A DNA stretch of 60,139 bases, counting the filler. It is 8 parts of 8 records of this genome, joined end to end, with 100 filler letters (N's around TTAATTAATTAA, not from the genome) between each part and the next. Parts side by side here need not be neighbours in the genome. Positions count along the whole stretch, not along the records: positions 39,630 to 45,592 come from SRR31147125_9014; positions 45,693 to 54,609 come from SRR31147125_9039; 6 more parts are not named here. One strand, 5' to 3'. Each line of letters starts with the position of its first letter. Position 1 is the stretch's first letter. Made by a program: the position numbers and the translations under genes. The notes below the pieces were generated by a model. The model made no database searches. It saw only the letters and a program-made list of their open reading frames with translations, and was not told the DNA's origin. Shown in pieces: positions 39,630 through 49,400 of this stretch.

Positions 39630-40960
39630 CCCCCCACGACACCGATGCCGAAGAGGCCATCATCAGTTCCGTGATGATCGATAACGAAACGTTGATCGAT
39701 GTGTTGGAGATTCTCTCCCCGGAAGATTTCTACAAAAAATCCCATGAAAAGATCTTCAAAGCCATTGCCGAACTGTTTGCAAAAGATGAGCCGGTGGATC
39801 TTGTCACTGTGGCCACAAGACTCAGAGAGAAAGAAGAGCTCGAAGAGATCGGGGGAGCCGCATTTTTAGCCAATATTGCCGATGCCGCTCCCATCGCCAT
39901 CAATGCCGCCCAATATGCCAAGATCATCAAAGGAAAATCCTCACTTCGTTCTCTGATTCACAGCGCCTCTTCCATTGTAGAGCGGTGCATGAAAGATCGG
40001 GGAGACTTTGAGGAAATCATCGATTTTGCTGAAAATGCCGTCTTCAAAATTTCAGAAGACAAGCCCGGTAAAACCTTCACAAGCCTTGACGAGCTGATCA
40101 ATATCAACATCGACATGCTGGAAGAACGCCAGGGGAAGACGGGCGGGCTCTCCGGGTTGACCACCGGGTATGGGCAGCTGGATTCTCTCACCTCGGGCCT
40201 TCAAAAGTCGGATTTGATCATATTGGCGGCTCGTCCCAGTATGGGAAAAACGGCGTTTGCACTGAATCTTGCCCGAAACGTGGCTGTGGAAGAGCAGGTG
40301 CCTGTAGCCGTCTTTTCATTGGAAATGTCCCAGGAACAGCTCTCCATGCGATTGTTGACATCAGAGGCACGGATCGACTCCAATCGTCTCAAAACCGGAT
40401 ACATCGATCAAACCGATTTTCAGAATGTCACCGATGCTGCCGGGCTTCTAAATCAGATTCCCATTTTTATTGATGATACGCCCAACGTCACTGCCATGGA
40501 AGTCCGGGCAAAATGCCGACGCCTTAAGATGGACAAGGGCCTCGGGCTGGTGATCATCGATTATCTCCAGCTGATGAAAGCGCCTTTCAACTCCGATCGA
40601 CGGGACCTGGAAATTGCGGAAATTTCAAGATCGTTGAAAGCCCTGGCCAAAGAGCTGGAAATCCCCGTGATTGCCTTGTCTCAGCTCAACCGTATGTTGG
40701 AGCAGAGAGCGGAAAAACGACCGTTGCTGTCGGATTTGAGGGAGTCCGGCGCACTGGAGCAGGACGCGGATATCGTTGCCTTTATCTATCGAGACGAAGT
40801 TTACAACAAGGATGAGGATAACCCCAATCGCGGAAAAGCGGAGATCATCGTAGCCAAAAACCGAAATGGCGCCGTGGGAACGGCCCACATGGCCTTTCTG
40901 GGAGCTTACACACGATTTGAAGAACTTGCCCCGGATGCCTCATATGATGATTTGGAATAA
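39630..40960 (+). CDS. dnaB: Replicative DNA helicase (5' slightly truncated)
   Basis: PHD..AEEA at the contig start and motifs AARPSMGKT, FSLEMS, IDYLQL, ALSQLNR, SDLRESGALEQDAD and KNRNG. No intein. Confidence 0.97.
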
Positions 40961-41060
40961 CGGCAAATGCTTTCAAATGCAGATCATCTTCTATAGCAAC
41001 GCACGAAATCACTTGAACTTACAATAATACTCTGAGGTTCCAACTACAAAAAGAGACTGA

Positions 41061-42698
41061 ATGAAAAAAATCATCGGAAGTACCACCGGTCTGAAAGCGA
41101 CCCAGGTCAAAGCCCTTGAAAATCTGTACCTTTTCCGAACACCGCCTGAAGAGCTGATCACCGAGCAGCAGCTCAATGCCCTGGTGGCCGTCTCCCACGA
41201 CATCCACCGTCAGGTGGGCATATTGATCAACCGCTCCGGTAAAACCACCCATGTGATTGCAGGGGATTCCCACCGCATTGTCATCCCGGATACTCCTGAC
41301 TACAAAGCTCTTCCCGGTAAACTCAAAGGACTTCGCTGTATCCACACCCATCTGGCCGGAGAAACGCTCACCACAGATGACGTCACCGACCTTTCGCTGT
41401 TGAGGCTCGATTTCATTGCCGCCGTCACCATGACAGAGAAGGGGGACCCTGATCTGATCCATCGCGCCCATATTCTTCCATCAGAGGATGGGGCCCCCTA
41501 TGAGATCATGCCACCGACGAGAATTGACGACCTTGGCATGGATTGTACCGATGTAATCCTGGCCCTGGAGACGGAGCTCATCCGGAACAATGCCTTATAC
41601 AAAATGGCAAAGGATGAAGAAAAGGCCATGATCATCCATGTCACCACCGGTGATCCGCAGGTGGCTGAGGCGTCTTTGGATGAGTTGACCGAGCTCTGTT
41701 CATCCACCAAAATCAACGTCATCGGCCGGGCGATTCAGCGGCGGAAAGTGATCGATCCCAAGTTTGTGGTGGGAAAAGGCAAACTGGCGGATCTGACCAT
41801 CCAGGCCATTCAAAAATACGCCACCATGATGATCTTCGATACGGAGCTCAGCCCCGCACAAATCCGATCCATCACCGATTTTGTGGAGATGAAGGTGATC
41901 GATCGCACCCAGTTGATTCTGGATATCTTTGCCGGTCGTGCCAAAAGTCGCGAAGGAAAACTTCAAGTAGAGCTGGCCCAGTTAAAATATCTTCTGCCGA
42001 GGCTCATCACCAAAAACACGGCCATGTCCCGCTTGACCGGCGGTATCGGCGGCAGGGGGCCGGGTGAAACCAAACTTGAGATCAACAGACGGCGCGTTCG
42101 GGACAAGATCGTCAAACTGGGAAAAGATATCAAGCAGATCAGAAAACAACGGACCCAGCAGCGGGCAAGGCGAAACAGAAAGCAAGTCCCGGTCATCTCC
42201 ATTGTGGGATATACCAATGCCGGCAAATCGACCCTGCTCAACACCTTGACCCAGAGCAAAATTCTTGCGGAGAACAAGCTCTTTGCCACTCTGGATCCCT
42301 CCAGCAGACGCCTGAGATTCCCCAAAGACTTGGAGGTAATCATCACCGATACGGTGGGGTTTATTCAGGATCTTCCCGATGAGCTGATGGAAGCGTTTCA
42401 TGCCACATTGGAAGAGCTTGAAGATGCGGATCTGCTGCTTCATGTCATCGATGTGAGCAATCCCAGGTATGAGCAGCAGATGCAGTCGGTGGAACGCATT
42501 CTTTCCCAGTTGAATTTAGATGATATCCCCATGATCTACGTGTTCAACAAGCAGGATAAAATCGATATTGCGTCATTCAATAACCCATGGTTGTTGAATC
42601 AGGGAATTTTGGTTTCCGCCACCAAAAGGGAGACCCTGAAGCCGTTGGTGAATAGTCTTGAAGAGAAGATATTCGCCATCCAACGCACCGGCGTGTAA
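41061..42698 (+). CDS. hflX: GTPase HflX (long form with N-terminal extension)
   Basis: Motifs DRTQLILDIFA, GPGETKLE, GYTNAGKST, LFATLD, DTVGF and NK.D. Confidence 0.95.
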   Translation: MKKIIGSTTGLKATQVKALENLYLFRTPPEELITEQQLNALVAVSHDIHRQVGILINRSGKTTHVIAGDSHRIVIPDTPDYKALPGKLKGLRCIHTHLAGETLTTDDVTDLSLLRLDFIAAVTMTEKGDPDLIHRAHILPSEDGAPYEIMPPTRIDDLGMDCTDVILALETELIRNNALYKMAKDEEKAMIIHVTTGDPQVAEASLDELTELCSSTKINVIGRAIQRRKVIDPKFVVGKGKLADLTIQAIQKYATMMIFDTELSPAQIRSITDFVEMKVIDRTQLILDIFAGRAKSREGKLQVELAQLKYLLPRLITKNTAMSRLTGGIGGRGPGETKLEINRRRVRDKIVKLGKDIKQIRKQRTQQRARRNRKQVPVISIVGYTNAGKSTLLNTLTQSKILAENKLFATLDPSSRRLRFPKDLEVIITDTVGFIQDLPDELMEAFHATLEELEDADLLLHVIDVSNPRYEQQMQSVERILSQLNLDDIPMIYVFNKQDKIDIASFNNPWLLNQGILVSATKRETLKPLVNSLEEKIFAIQRTGV

Positions 42699-42719
42699 AT
42701 TAAAAAAGGAAATGGTCAT

Positions 42720-44174
42720 TTGCTGAATCCTGAAAAGATTTTACTCGTTCACCCCCTCGGCTATACCTTTGAGAAAGCCCAAGTGGATATCTCAAGGATA
42801 GCCAGTGTGACCCCTCATTTAGGTCTTGCCGGTATTGCCGCTTTTCTTTCAAAACGCGGCATCCATTGCGATATCATCGACGGCTACGCCTATCCCGATG
42901 CGGCAAATACCATAAAAACATATCTTCAGGAAGAAAAACCGGCGTTCATCGGCTTTTCAAGCACCACCTCCACCTTTCTCGATGCCGTCAAAATTGCCGA
43001 ATTTGCAAAAGCGACACTCCCGGGGATTCAAACCGTCTTTGGTGGGGCTCACGTTTCCGCCCTCAAGCAAATGCTTCTCAATCAATTTTCCGCTATGGAT
43101 TTCATTGTGGTTGGAGAGGGAGAAGAGACGTTTTTCAAGCTCATCACAGCGGAAAAAAGACGTATTCCCCATATCAAAGGGATCGTTTACAGAGAGGAAA
43201 ATAACATTGAGCATGCCCGCTTCACGGGATTTCCGCAAAGACAACTGGAATTGGATAGCCTTCCATTCCCGGCATATGAAAAACTTGCCGGATACCCCCA
43301 CATCTACAAACTTCCGATTTTCAATTATCCTACAGCCCCCAACGCCAGCTGCATCTCCAGCAGAGGCTGTCCTTATGCCTGCTCATACTGTGACCGATCC
43401 GTCTTTAGGCGAAGTTTTCGATATAACAGTGCCCGGTACCTGTTTGACCATGTCAGTTACCTGAAGAAGCGATTCGGCATCAAGCACATCAATTTCTATG
43501 ATGACCAGTTCACCTTCAACCGGAAGCGGATCAGCCGGTTTTGCGATCTGATGATCAAAAGCCGCCTGAACCTGACCTTCAACTGCGCGGCCAGGGCCGA
43601 ACATTTAGATGTTGACCTGCTGAAAAAAATGAAAGCTGCCGGATGCTGGATGATCAGCCTCGGTATCGAAACCGGAGATGAATCCCTTCTATCCATGCAT
43701 CGGCAAAACGCTGACCTTGACATGCTTTCCGAAAAAATCAAACTGATCAAAAAGGCCGGTATCCGGGTCAAAGGGTTATTGATGATGGGGCTTCCCGGAG
43801 AGACGGCCGACTCAATTCAACGGAGTAAAGCGTACGTCTTCTCCCAGCCTTTGGATGACTTCAACCTGGCCAAATTTACCCCGTTTCCCGGCTCTCCGAT
43901 CTACGGTCGGATTCAACAGGATCCTTCCATCGGCACCTTTACTGAACAGTGGGATCGAATGGACTGCATGGATTTTACATTTATCCCCAAAGGCATGGAA
44001 AAAGAGCAACTGGATGCGTTATTTACCGATTTTTACAAGTCACACTTCCTGCGTCCCAAAGTGCTGTCAGGGTATGTTTCCATGATTTGGAAATCCCCTG
44101 ACAGCTGGATGCGATTTATAAAAGATCTCTCATCCTTCATGACCTTTGCACGGACAAACAGAAGAATCAGGTAA
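42720..44174 (+). CDS. B12-binding domain radical SAM protein
   Basis: Cobalamin-binding N-terminus (P.LGL..IAA, GG.H, GEGE), SRGCPYACSYC, YDD.F, GIE and GLPGET. Confidence 0.92.
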   Translation: MLNPEKILLVHPLGYTFEKAQVDISRIASVTPHLGLAGIAAFLSKRGIHCDIIDGYAYPDAANTIKTYLQEEKPAFIGFSSTTSTFLDAVKIAEFAKATLPGIQTVFGGAHVSALKQMLLNQFSAMDFIVVGEGEETFFKLITAEKRRIPHIKGIVYREENNIEHARFTGFPQRQLELDSLPFPAYEKLAGYPHIYKLPIFNYPTAPNASCISSRGCPYACSYCDRSVFRRSFRYNSARYLFDHVSYLKKRFGIKHINFYDDQFTFNRKRISRFCDLMIKSRLNLTFNCAARAEHLDVDLLKKMKAAGCWMISLGIETGDESLLSMHRQNADLDMLSEKIKLIKKAGIRVKGLLMMGLPGETADSIQRSKAYVFSQPLDDFNLAKFTPFPGSPIYGRIQQDPSIGTFTEQWDRMDCMDFTFIPKGMEKEQLDALFTDFYKSHFLRPKVLSGYVSMIWKSPDSWMRFIKDLSSFMTFARTNRRIR

Positions 44175-44186
44175 TGCGTAGTATGG

Positions 44187-44784
44187 TTACTCCCTTATTC
44201 CTGATACCCGTCCATTGTTTCCGAAGACTACGGCTACGGTTCCAAACCGCTGCTTCCAATAAATCCACTCTCGACTTTCCAAAGAAGGCGTTTTATGAGG
44301 GGCTGGATACCCCAATGCGGTCATCACTCCTTTCTTGTCATTCCCTTTAAGACCTTGCCTTGTGTCACACCTTTCCGATCCAGTGCAGACACCCCTTTGA
44401 GGGATACTTTGGTCGGTGACGTGATCATTTCGACATACTCATCGACACTCATTCCGAGCCGCCTTGCATCAACTAAAAAAGAGATGACCGTGCCGTCATC
44501 CATCATCAGTTTCACCCCGGATCTCCACGCAAGCATCTTCAGAGGCGTGTTGGGAGGAACAATGAAATGGTCGCGATAGGGACCGATCCAGTTGGCATAA
44601 CTGGCATTTGCTTTTAAAGTACCCTTTCTTTGGGCGTGAATGTTATATTTGTTATAAACGATCTTCCCCTCTTCCGAACTTTTTTCCTCCCTATCCCGTC
44701 AACTGAAACACAGCTTACGGAAGTCAAACAGAACAAGCATAGACCCAGAAATACCGCAACGTAAACAAAACGCTCTTTTTCCAT
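44187..44784 (-). CDS. Lipoprotein with C-terminal BamE/SmpA-like domain, interrupted by two single-base frameshifts
   Basis: RBS AAGGAG, start MEKERFVYVAVFLGLCLFCLTSVSC, middle ASYANW...PPNTP, and end GMT..GVMTALGYPAPHKTPSLESREWIYWKQRFGTVAVVFGNNGRVSGIRE*. Confidence 0.7.
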
Positions 44785-45148
44785 GGATTCTCCTTCAAAT
44801 GCAGGGGGCGCTTCATTCCCCCCAAAAGTAATTAATTAAATACCCGTTCTCCATCAAGCAATAATTGATTGATGCGATGGATGACGGCCGAACTTATCAG
44901 ATAATCGTTGCCCCCCATCACCTTCCGTAAACGGATAGATCATCAAACAGGGGGCTGGAAAAAAACAATTTTCTCAATCCCACCAGTTCTTCATGAAAAA
45001 TCCTGGCCTCATCATATAGATTCACTTTTTTTACACGTTCTGACGTCGAACTCTGTTTTTCCGAGGCCTCCCACAAAAAATGGATCATCTACTTTTGTGG
45101 AAAGAGGAAGGATGCCGTTTTTTATCTCTTATTTTTTCACGCGTCGGA

Positions 45149-45592
45149 TCAGTCCCGGTTGTCAATAAAAATAATTCGTTTCCTTTTTTATCAAACTGAT
45201 ACACGACCTTATCCGCTTCTTTGCATGAAATCAGCGCAATCTCGGGCGCCACTCTGATTCGCGCCCGGAGTCTCTCCTTCATCCAGGCGATTGCTGAAGC
45301 GTCATCCACAGGATCTCCGGTCAATGAGGCGAACAACCGGATTCGATCCGTTCCGTCATCATTCTTCAGGGCTTCCACATAGCCCGTATGAAATCTCGGA
45401 TCCCCTTCAAGGGCATTGATCACGGCATTGGGAAATACGGTGGTGCCTTTGTACTTGAGCATCTGATTCTTTCTCCCCAATACCGGAGCCAGCCGTTTGG
45501 TGCGACGCCCGCATGGGCACGGCGTATCAATGATGTATGAGATATCATTGGTCCGGAATCGAATCAGCGGCATTCCGGTGACACCCAAAGGG
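45149..45592 (-). CDS. Phenylacetate-CoA ligase (PaaK)-like AMP-binding protein, C-terminal fragment
   Basis: Motifs MPLIRFRT.D, C.CGR and GR..QMLK.KG..VFP. Adding one A restores the family-like ending KKRKRIIFIDNRD* at 45149. Confidence 0.85.
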
Positions 45593-45692
45593 NNNNNNNN
45601 NNNNNNNNNNNNNNNNNNNNNNNNNNNNNNNNNNNNTTAATTAATTAANNNNNNNNNNNNNNNNNNNNNNNNNNNNNNNNNNNNNNNNNNNN
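45593..45692. other. Artificial contig spacer
   Basis: N44-TTAATTAATTAA-N44. Confidence 0.98.
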
Positions 45693-46284
45693 TTTTTGAT
45701 CCCGCCTATATCCCCCAGAACACCATTCACTTCTACAGTCCCATGGAGAAAATGGAGGACTACCTCCAGGAGCAGATGAAAGCTCCGTATTTTCCCGTCA
45801 CCATGGAAGTTATGGGTGCTAAAAGAACTTTCGAGACTCTGTCCGATAACAGTATGGAACTGGGAAATGCCAGAATCTCATGGAGAAGAGTGAAACATCC
45901 GGGGGGATGCTTTGCCTACAAAATTGAGGAGAACGGCAGGAGTTTTATTTTTTCCACCGACACGGAGCTTCGGAAAAAAGATTTTGAAAAAAACGAGGAA
46001 AACCGTAACTTTTTTTTGGAGCGGATATTCTTGTAATAGACTCACAGTACACCCTGGATGAGGCGATAGATAAATACGACTGGGGGCATTCCTCCTACAG
46101 TCAGGCTGTTGAATTCGCCTCCACCTGGAAGATAAAGAGGCTGGGACTTTTTCATCATGAACCGAAGTATGCGGATAACAAACTCTATTCGATCTTGAAT
46201 TCGGCGAAGTGGTATTTGAGTCATCTGGATTTTAATGATATCGAGGTCTTTATGACCAACGAAGGACTTGAATTAGAGTTATGA
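45693..46284 (+). CDS. MBL-fold metallo-hydrolase (RNase Z-like), 5' truncated, frameshift at T8 46010-46017
   Basis: HPGG..AYKI and STDTE before the shift; GAD.LV.DSQYT, WGHSS and LFHHEP after it. The stop overlaps the next ATG. Confidence 0.85.
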
Positions 46285-46481
46285 TTAATTTGAACGGTTC
46301 AGAAATAACCTCAATGTTTATTCTTCTTAAAAAAGAGGAGGAGAGCCTGGATGAAAATCAGTCTTCTCTCTTAAGAAGGATCGAGGCTTTCCTGTATGAA
46401 CATTTATCTGTACAGGAAATTGAGAATATAGAAGAGTTGTATACCGGAAAAGATCCGGCCGTCATGTTCAAGGAGATGTAA
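46281..46481 (+). CDS. Small hypothetical protein (66 aa)
   Basis: Translationally coupled (ATGA) to the MBL gene; helical L...LY..LS..EIE pattern. Confidence 0.7.
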   Translation: MINLNGSEITSMFILLKKEEESLDENQSSLLRRIEAFLYEHLSVQEIENIEELYTGKDPAVMFKEM

Positions 46482-46486
46482 AAAAC

Positions 46487-49400
46487 ATGAAAAGATGCGT
46501 TCTGATATCCCTGATTTCGATAATCCTGTCTTTTGCCGTTTTTTCAGACGGAGATGAGTCGGTCTATGAGTCGGTTTCTCCCGCATTTTTGGGCGGCGGA
46601 TGGTCCACAGTCTCTTCATTAAGTCCCCAGGCTGATTCCATCAATCCGGCAGCATCCGCCAGAACCCAGAGAATTACTCTTGATTTAAGCTACATCGGCT
46701 ACGGTTTTGATAATACAACCTCTGGTTGGTCCGGGCTTGTAATTAACGCAGGCGGGACGATCCCTTCACGGGTCGGTGTTTTCACGGTTTCCGGACATTT
46801 CCGAATTTCCTCCTGGGAGACCATGAACCTGGCTACCCAGTTTGACCTCAATGGTTCTTTTGCCAAGGAGCTCTATGAAAACTTTCTCCTCGGTGCCGGT
46901 CTGAACACCTCATTTGGAAGTACGGCTGCCGTAACTATGGACCTCGGTATGATTCATACGCCCGGAGACCTGCTTATTTTTCCCGACTTTCGCTGGGGAG
47001 TGGCTCTTCAGGAGTTCGGCTGGGTGAGTAAAACATCCGATTATCCGTCGGTCTTTACTCTTTCCGCCGGGGCTGGAGCCGTCTGGTCCCTTGGAAAGGA
47101 TTTTGATATCGGGGCCACAGCCGATTTAAGTTTTCCCACCTTTCAGAATGTTCGTTTTTCTCTGGGGGGAGATTTTTCTTTCAGGGATCTTCTCGGAGTG
47201 CGAATCTCATCCGAAGCGGATCTTCTTGAGTTGATTGACGGTGATTATTCAGCCCTTATTCCTTCTTTCGGGCTTTATTATAACTACACAACTTCTGTCT
47301 CCGAGGAAAAACTCTCATCCGGGATGGTAGAACAGGGATGGAACAACAGTTCCATCAATATTTCGTCCTCCGCGGCTCCGTTGGGCAACGGACTGTGGGG
47401 AATAGGCGGCGGCGTTAATATTCCTCTGGGAGTTATCGATAAAAATGCTCCTGTCATAGAACTTGATGTCACCGGATTCCGATATTCAACGGATCCGGAA
47501 GCTGATGAGGATGCTGAGGAAGAATCCGAAGAGAGCGATTCTGCTTCCGGAGATTCCCCTGACGACGGGGGAGAAACAGCCCTGAACAAGGGAGACGGAA
47601 AATCAAATGCGGATGCCGGTTCTGAAGGAACGGAAGTCGGAATCTTTACGAAATTCTCTAAAGGACAGAAAACGGTTGGAAGGACACAGAACAGTGCTAC
47701 CGAGGAGAAAGGTCTTGTTAAAGATCCCGCGGAGGCGGCGGCTGTCGCCGTTGTTGAATATATTTCGCCCAATAATGATGGAAAATACGATGATCTTGAT
47801 TTTCCTTTAAAAATCACAGATACAAGATATATCCGGGGTTTTGCGCTGGTGATTCAGGATCTTGATGGGAATATCATTCGAAAAATTGGAAACAAGGAAG
47901 AGCGGCAGGAAAATGCCGGTTTCTCCGGTTTCTTCAAGCGGCTTTTTTATGTGGAGAAAGGGCTGACCATCCCCGAGTCTCTTCGTTGGGACGGGACATC
48001 CGATGAAGGTTCCGTTGTTCCTGATGGAAAGTATATCTTTTACCTTCAGGCCTGGGACGATAATGGTAACCAGGGTTTCTCCGAACCTTATGCCATTATC
48101 GTAGACAACACTGCACCCTCGGTTAAGCTGACTCCTCCTGATGCTTTCAACCTGATATTTTCACCCGATGGAGATGGAAACAAGGATACCCTTTCCATTG
48201 GTCTTGAAGGGGCCGCTGAAGATCTCTGGACCCTCGAACTCCGGAACTCCGGCGGCGACCTCGTCAGGACCTACAGCTGGCGGGATGCGGAGCCAGAAAG
48301 CATTATCTGGGACGGCACCTCCGGTCAGGGCGAGATTCTTGCGGATGATGTTTATCACTGTTCTATCTTCTCCACCGACAAGGCTGGGAACTCCTTTCAG
48401 ACCGGTTTTGAAAACATCATCATCAACACCATCCCGACACCGGTAAGCCTTTCGGTCAGCAACTCCTATTTCTCTCCTGGCAATATCGACGCCATTGAGA
48501 ATATTGAGCTGGGACTTTCCATTCCCGTCAGGGAGGGGATTATCGATTGGGAACTTGTTATTATGGACGAAAACCGGCCGGTAAAAAGCTTTTCCGGAAC
48601 AAACGACCCTCCCCAGGCCCTTCTTTATAGAGGTGAGACGGATGCGGGCAATCTTCTTGCGGAAGGCGATTACCGCGCTGAACTCTCCCTCGCTTATATC
48701 AACGGCAGCAAACCCTCTGCGGTCTCTCCTGAATTTCATGTGGATGTGACCCGACCGGACGCCGATGTAAATATTTCCTACAATGTGTTCTCTCCAAATG
48801 GCGACGACAATAAGGATACGGTAAAGATCTATCAAGAGACCTCCAGGGAGGATGAGTGGACCGGGATCATTTTTGATGAGGAGGAAAATACAGTCGCCTC
48901 CTTTACCTGGATTGATACCCCCGATGCCGTCCTGGAATGGGATGGTTACTACGGTGCCGGTGAACGGGCCCCCGACGGTGACTACTACTACCGTCTGTCC
49001 GCCATGGACCGGGCCGGAAATCTTGGCATCAGCCGCACCCTCCGTTTCAGCCTGGATACCGAGGAGACACCCGTTCTTCTCTCTGCCGGACTTGATGCCT
49101 TCAGCCCCAACGGCGACGCTGTAAGGGAAGAACTTTCTCTTAAACCGGAACTGAGGATAATCGAGGGGATTGATAAATGGGAACTGCGTATCCTGAACAG
49201 TGACGAAGCAGTTGTCCGGACCTACTCCGGTGCGGGAAATCCTCAGAACGAGATATCCTGGGACGGTTTTACCGATGGAGGCCGTAAGGCCGATGACGGA
49301 GAATACCGGGCGGAATTTGAAGTTGTTTATACAAAGGGAGACGTCTCTCTCGCAGGAAGCCGCCGTTTTATCATTGATACCGAATACCCTGAACTCTCCT

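Noticed and set aside
39630..40960. Intein in dnaB
   Set aside because: The length and motif spacing are those of an uninterrupted DnaB.
41019..43771. Numerous 60-160 aa antisense or alternate-frame ORFs within hflX and the radical SAM gene (likewise within 46487-53544)
   Set aside because: These are expected shadows in higher-GC coding DNA and lack motifs or RBSs.
45085..45148. C-terminal extension of the PaaK-like ORF (GNELFLL...HKSR)
   Set aside because: Frameshift artefact; the family-like ending KRIIFIDNRD* lies in the adjacent frame.
44790..45148. Riboswitch or ncRNA upstream of the cryptic lipoprotein
   Set aside because: Only short inverted repeats are seen, with no recognisable cobalamin, c-di-GMP, SAM or TPP consensus.
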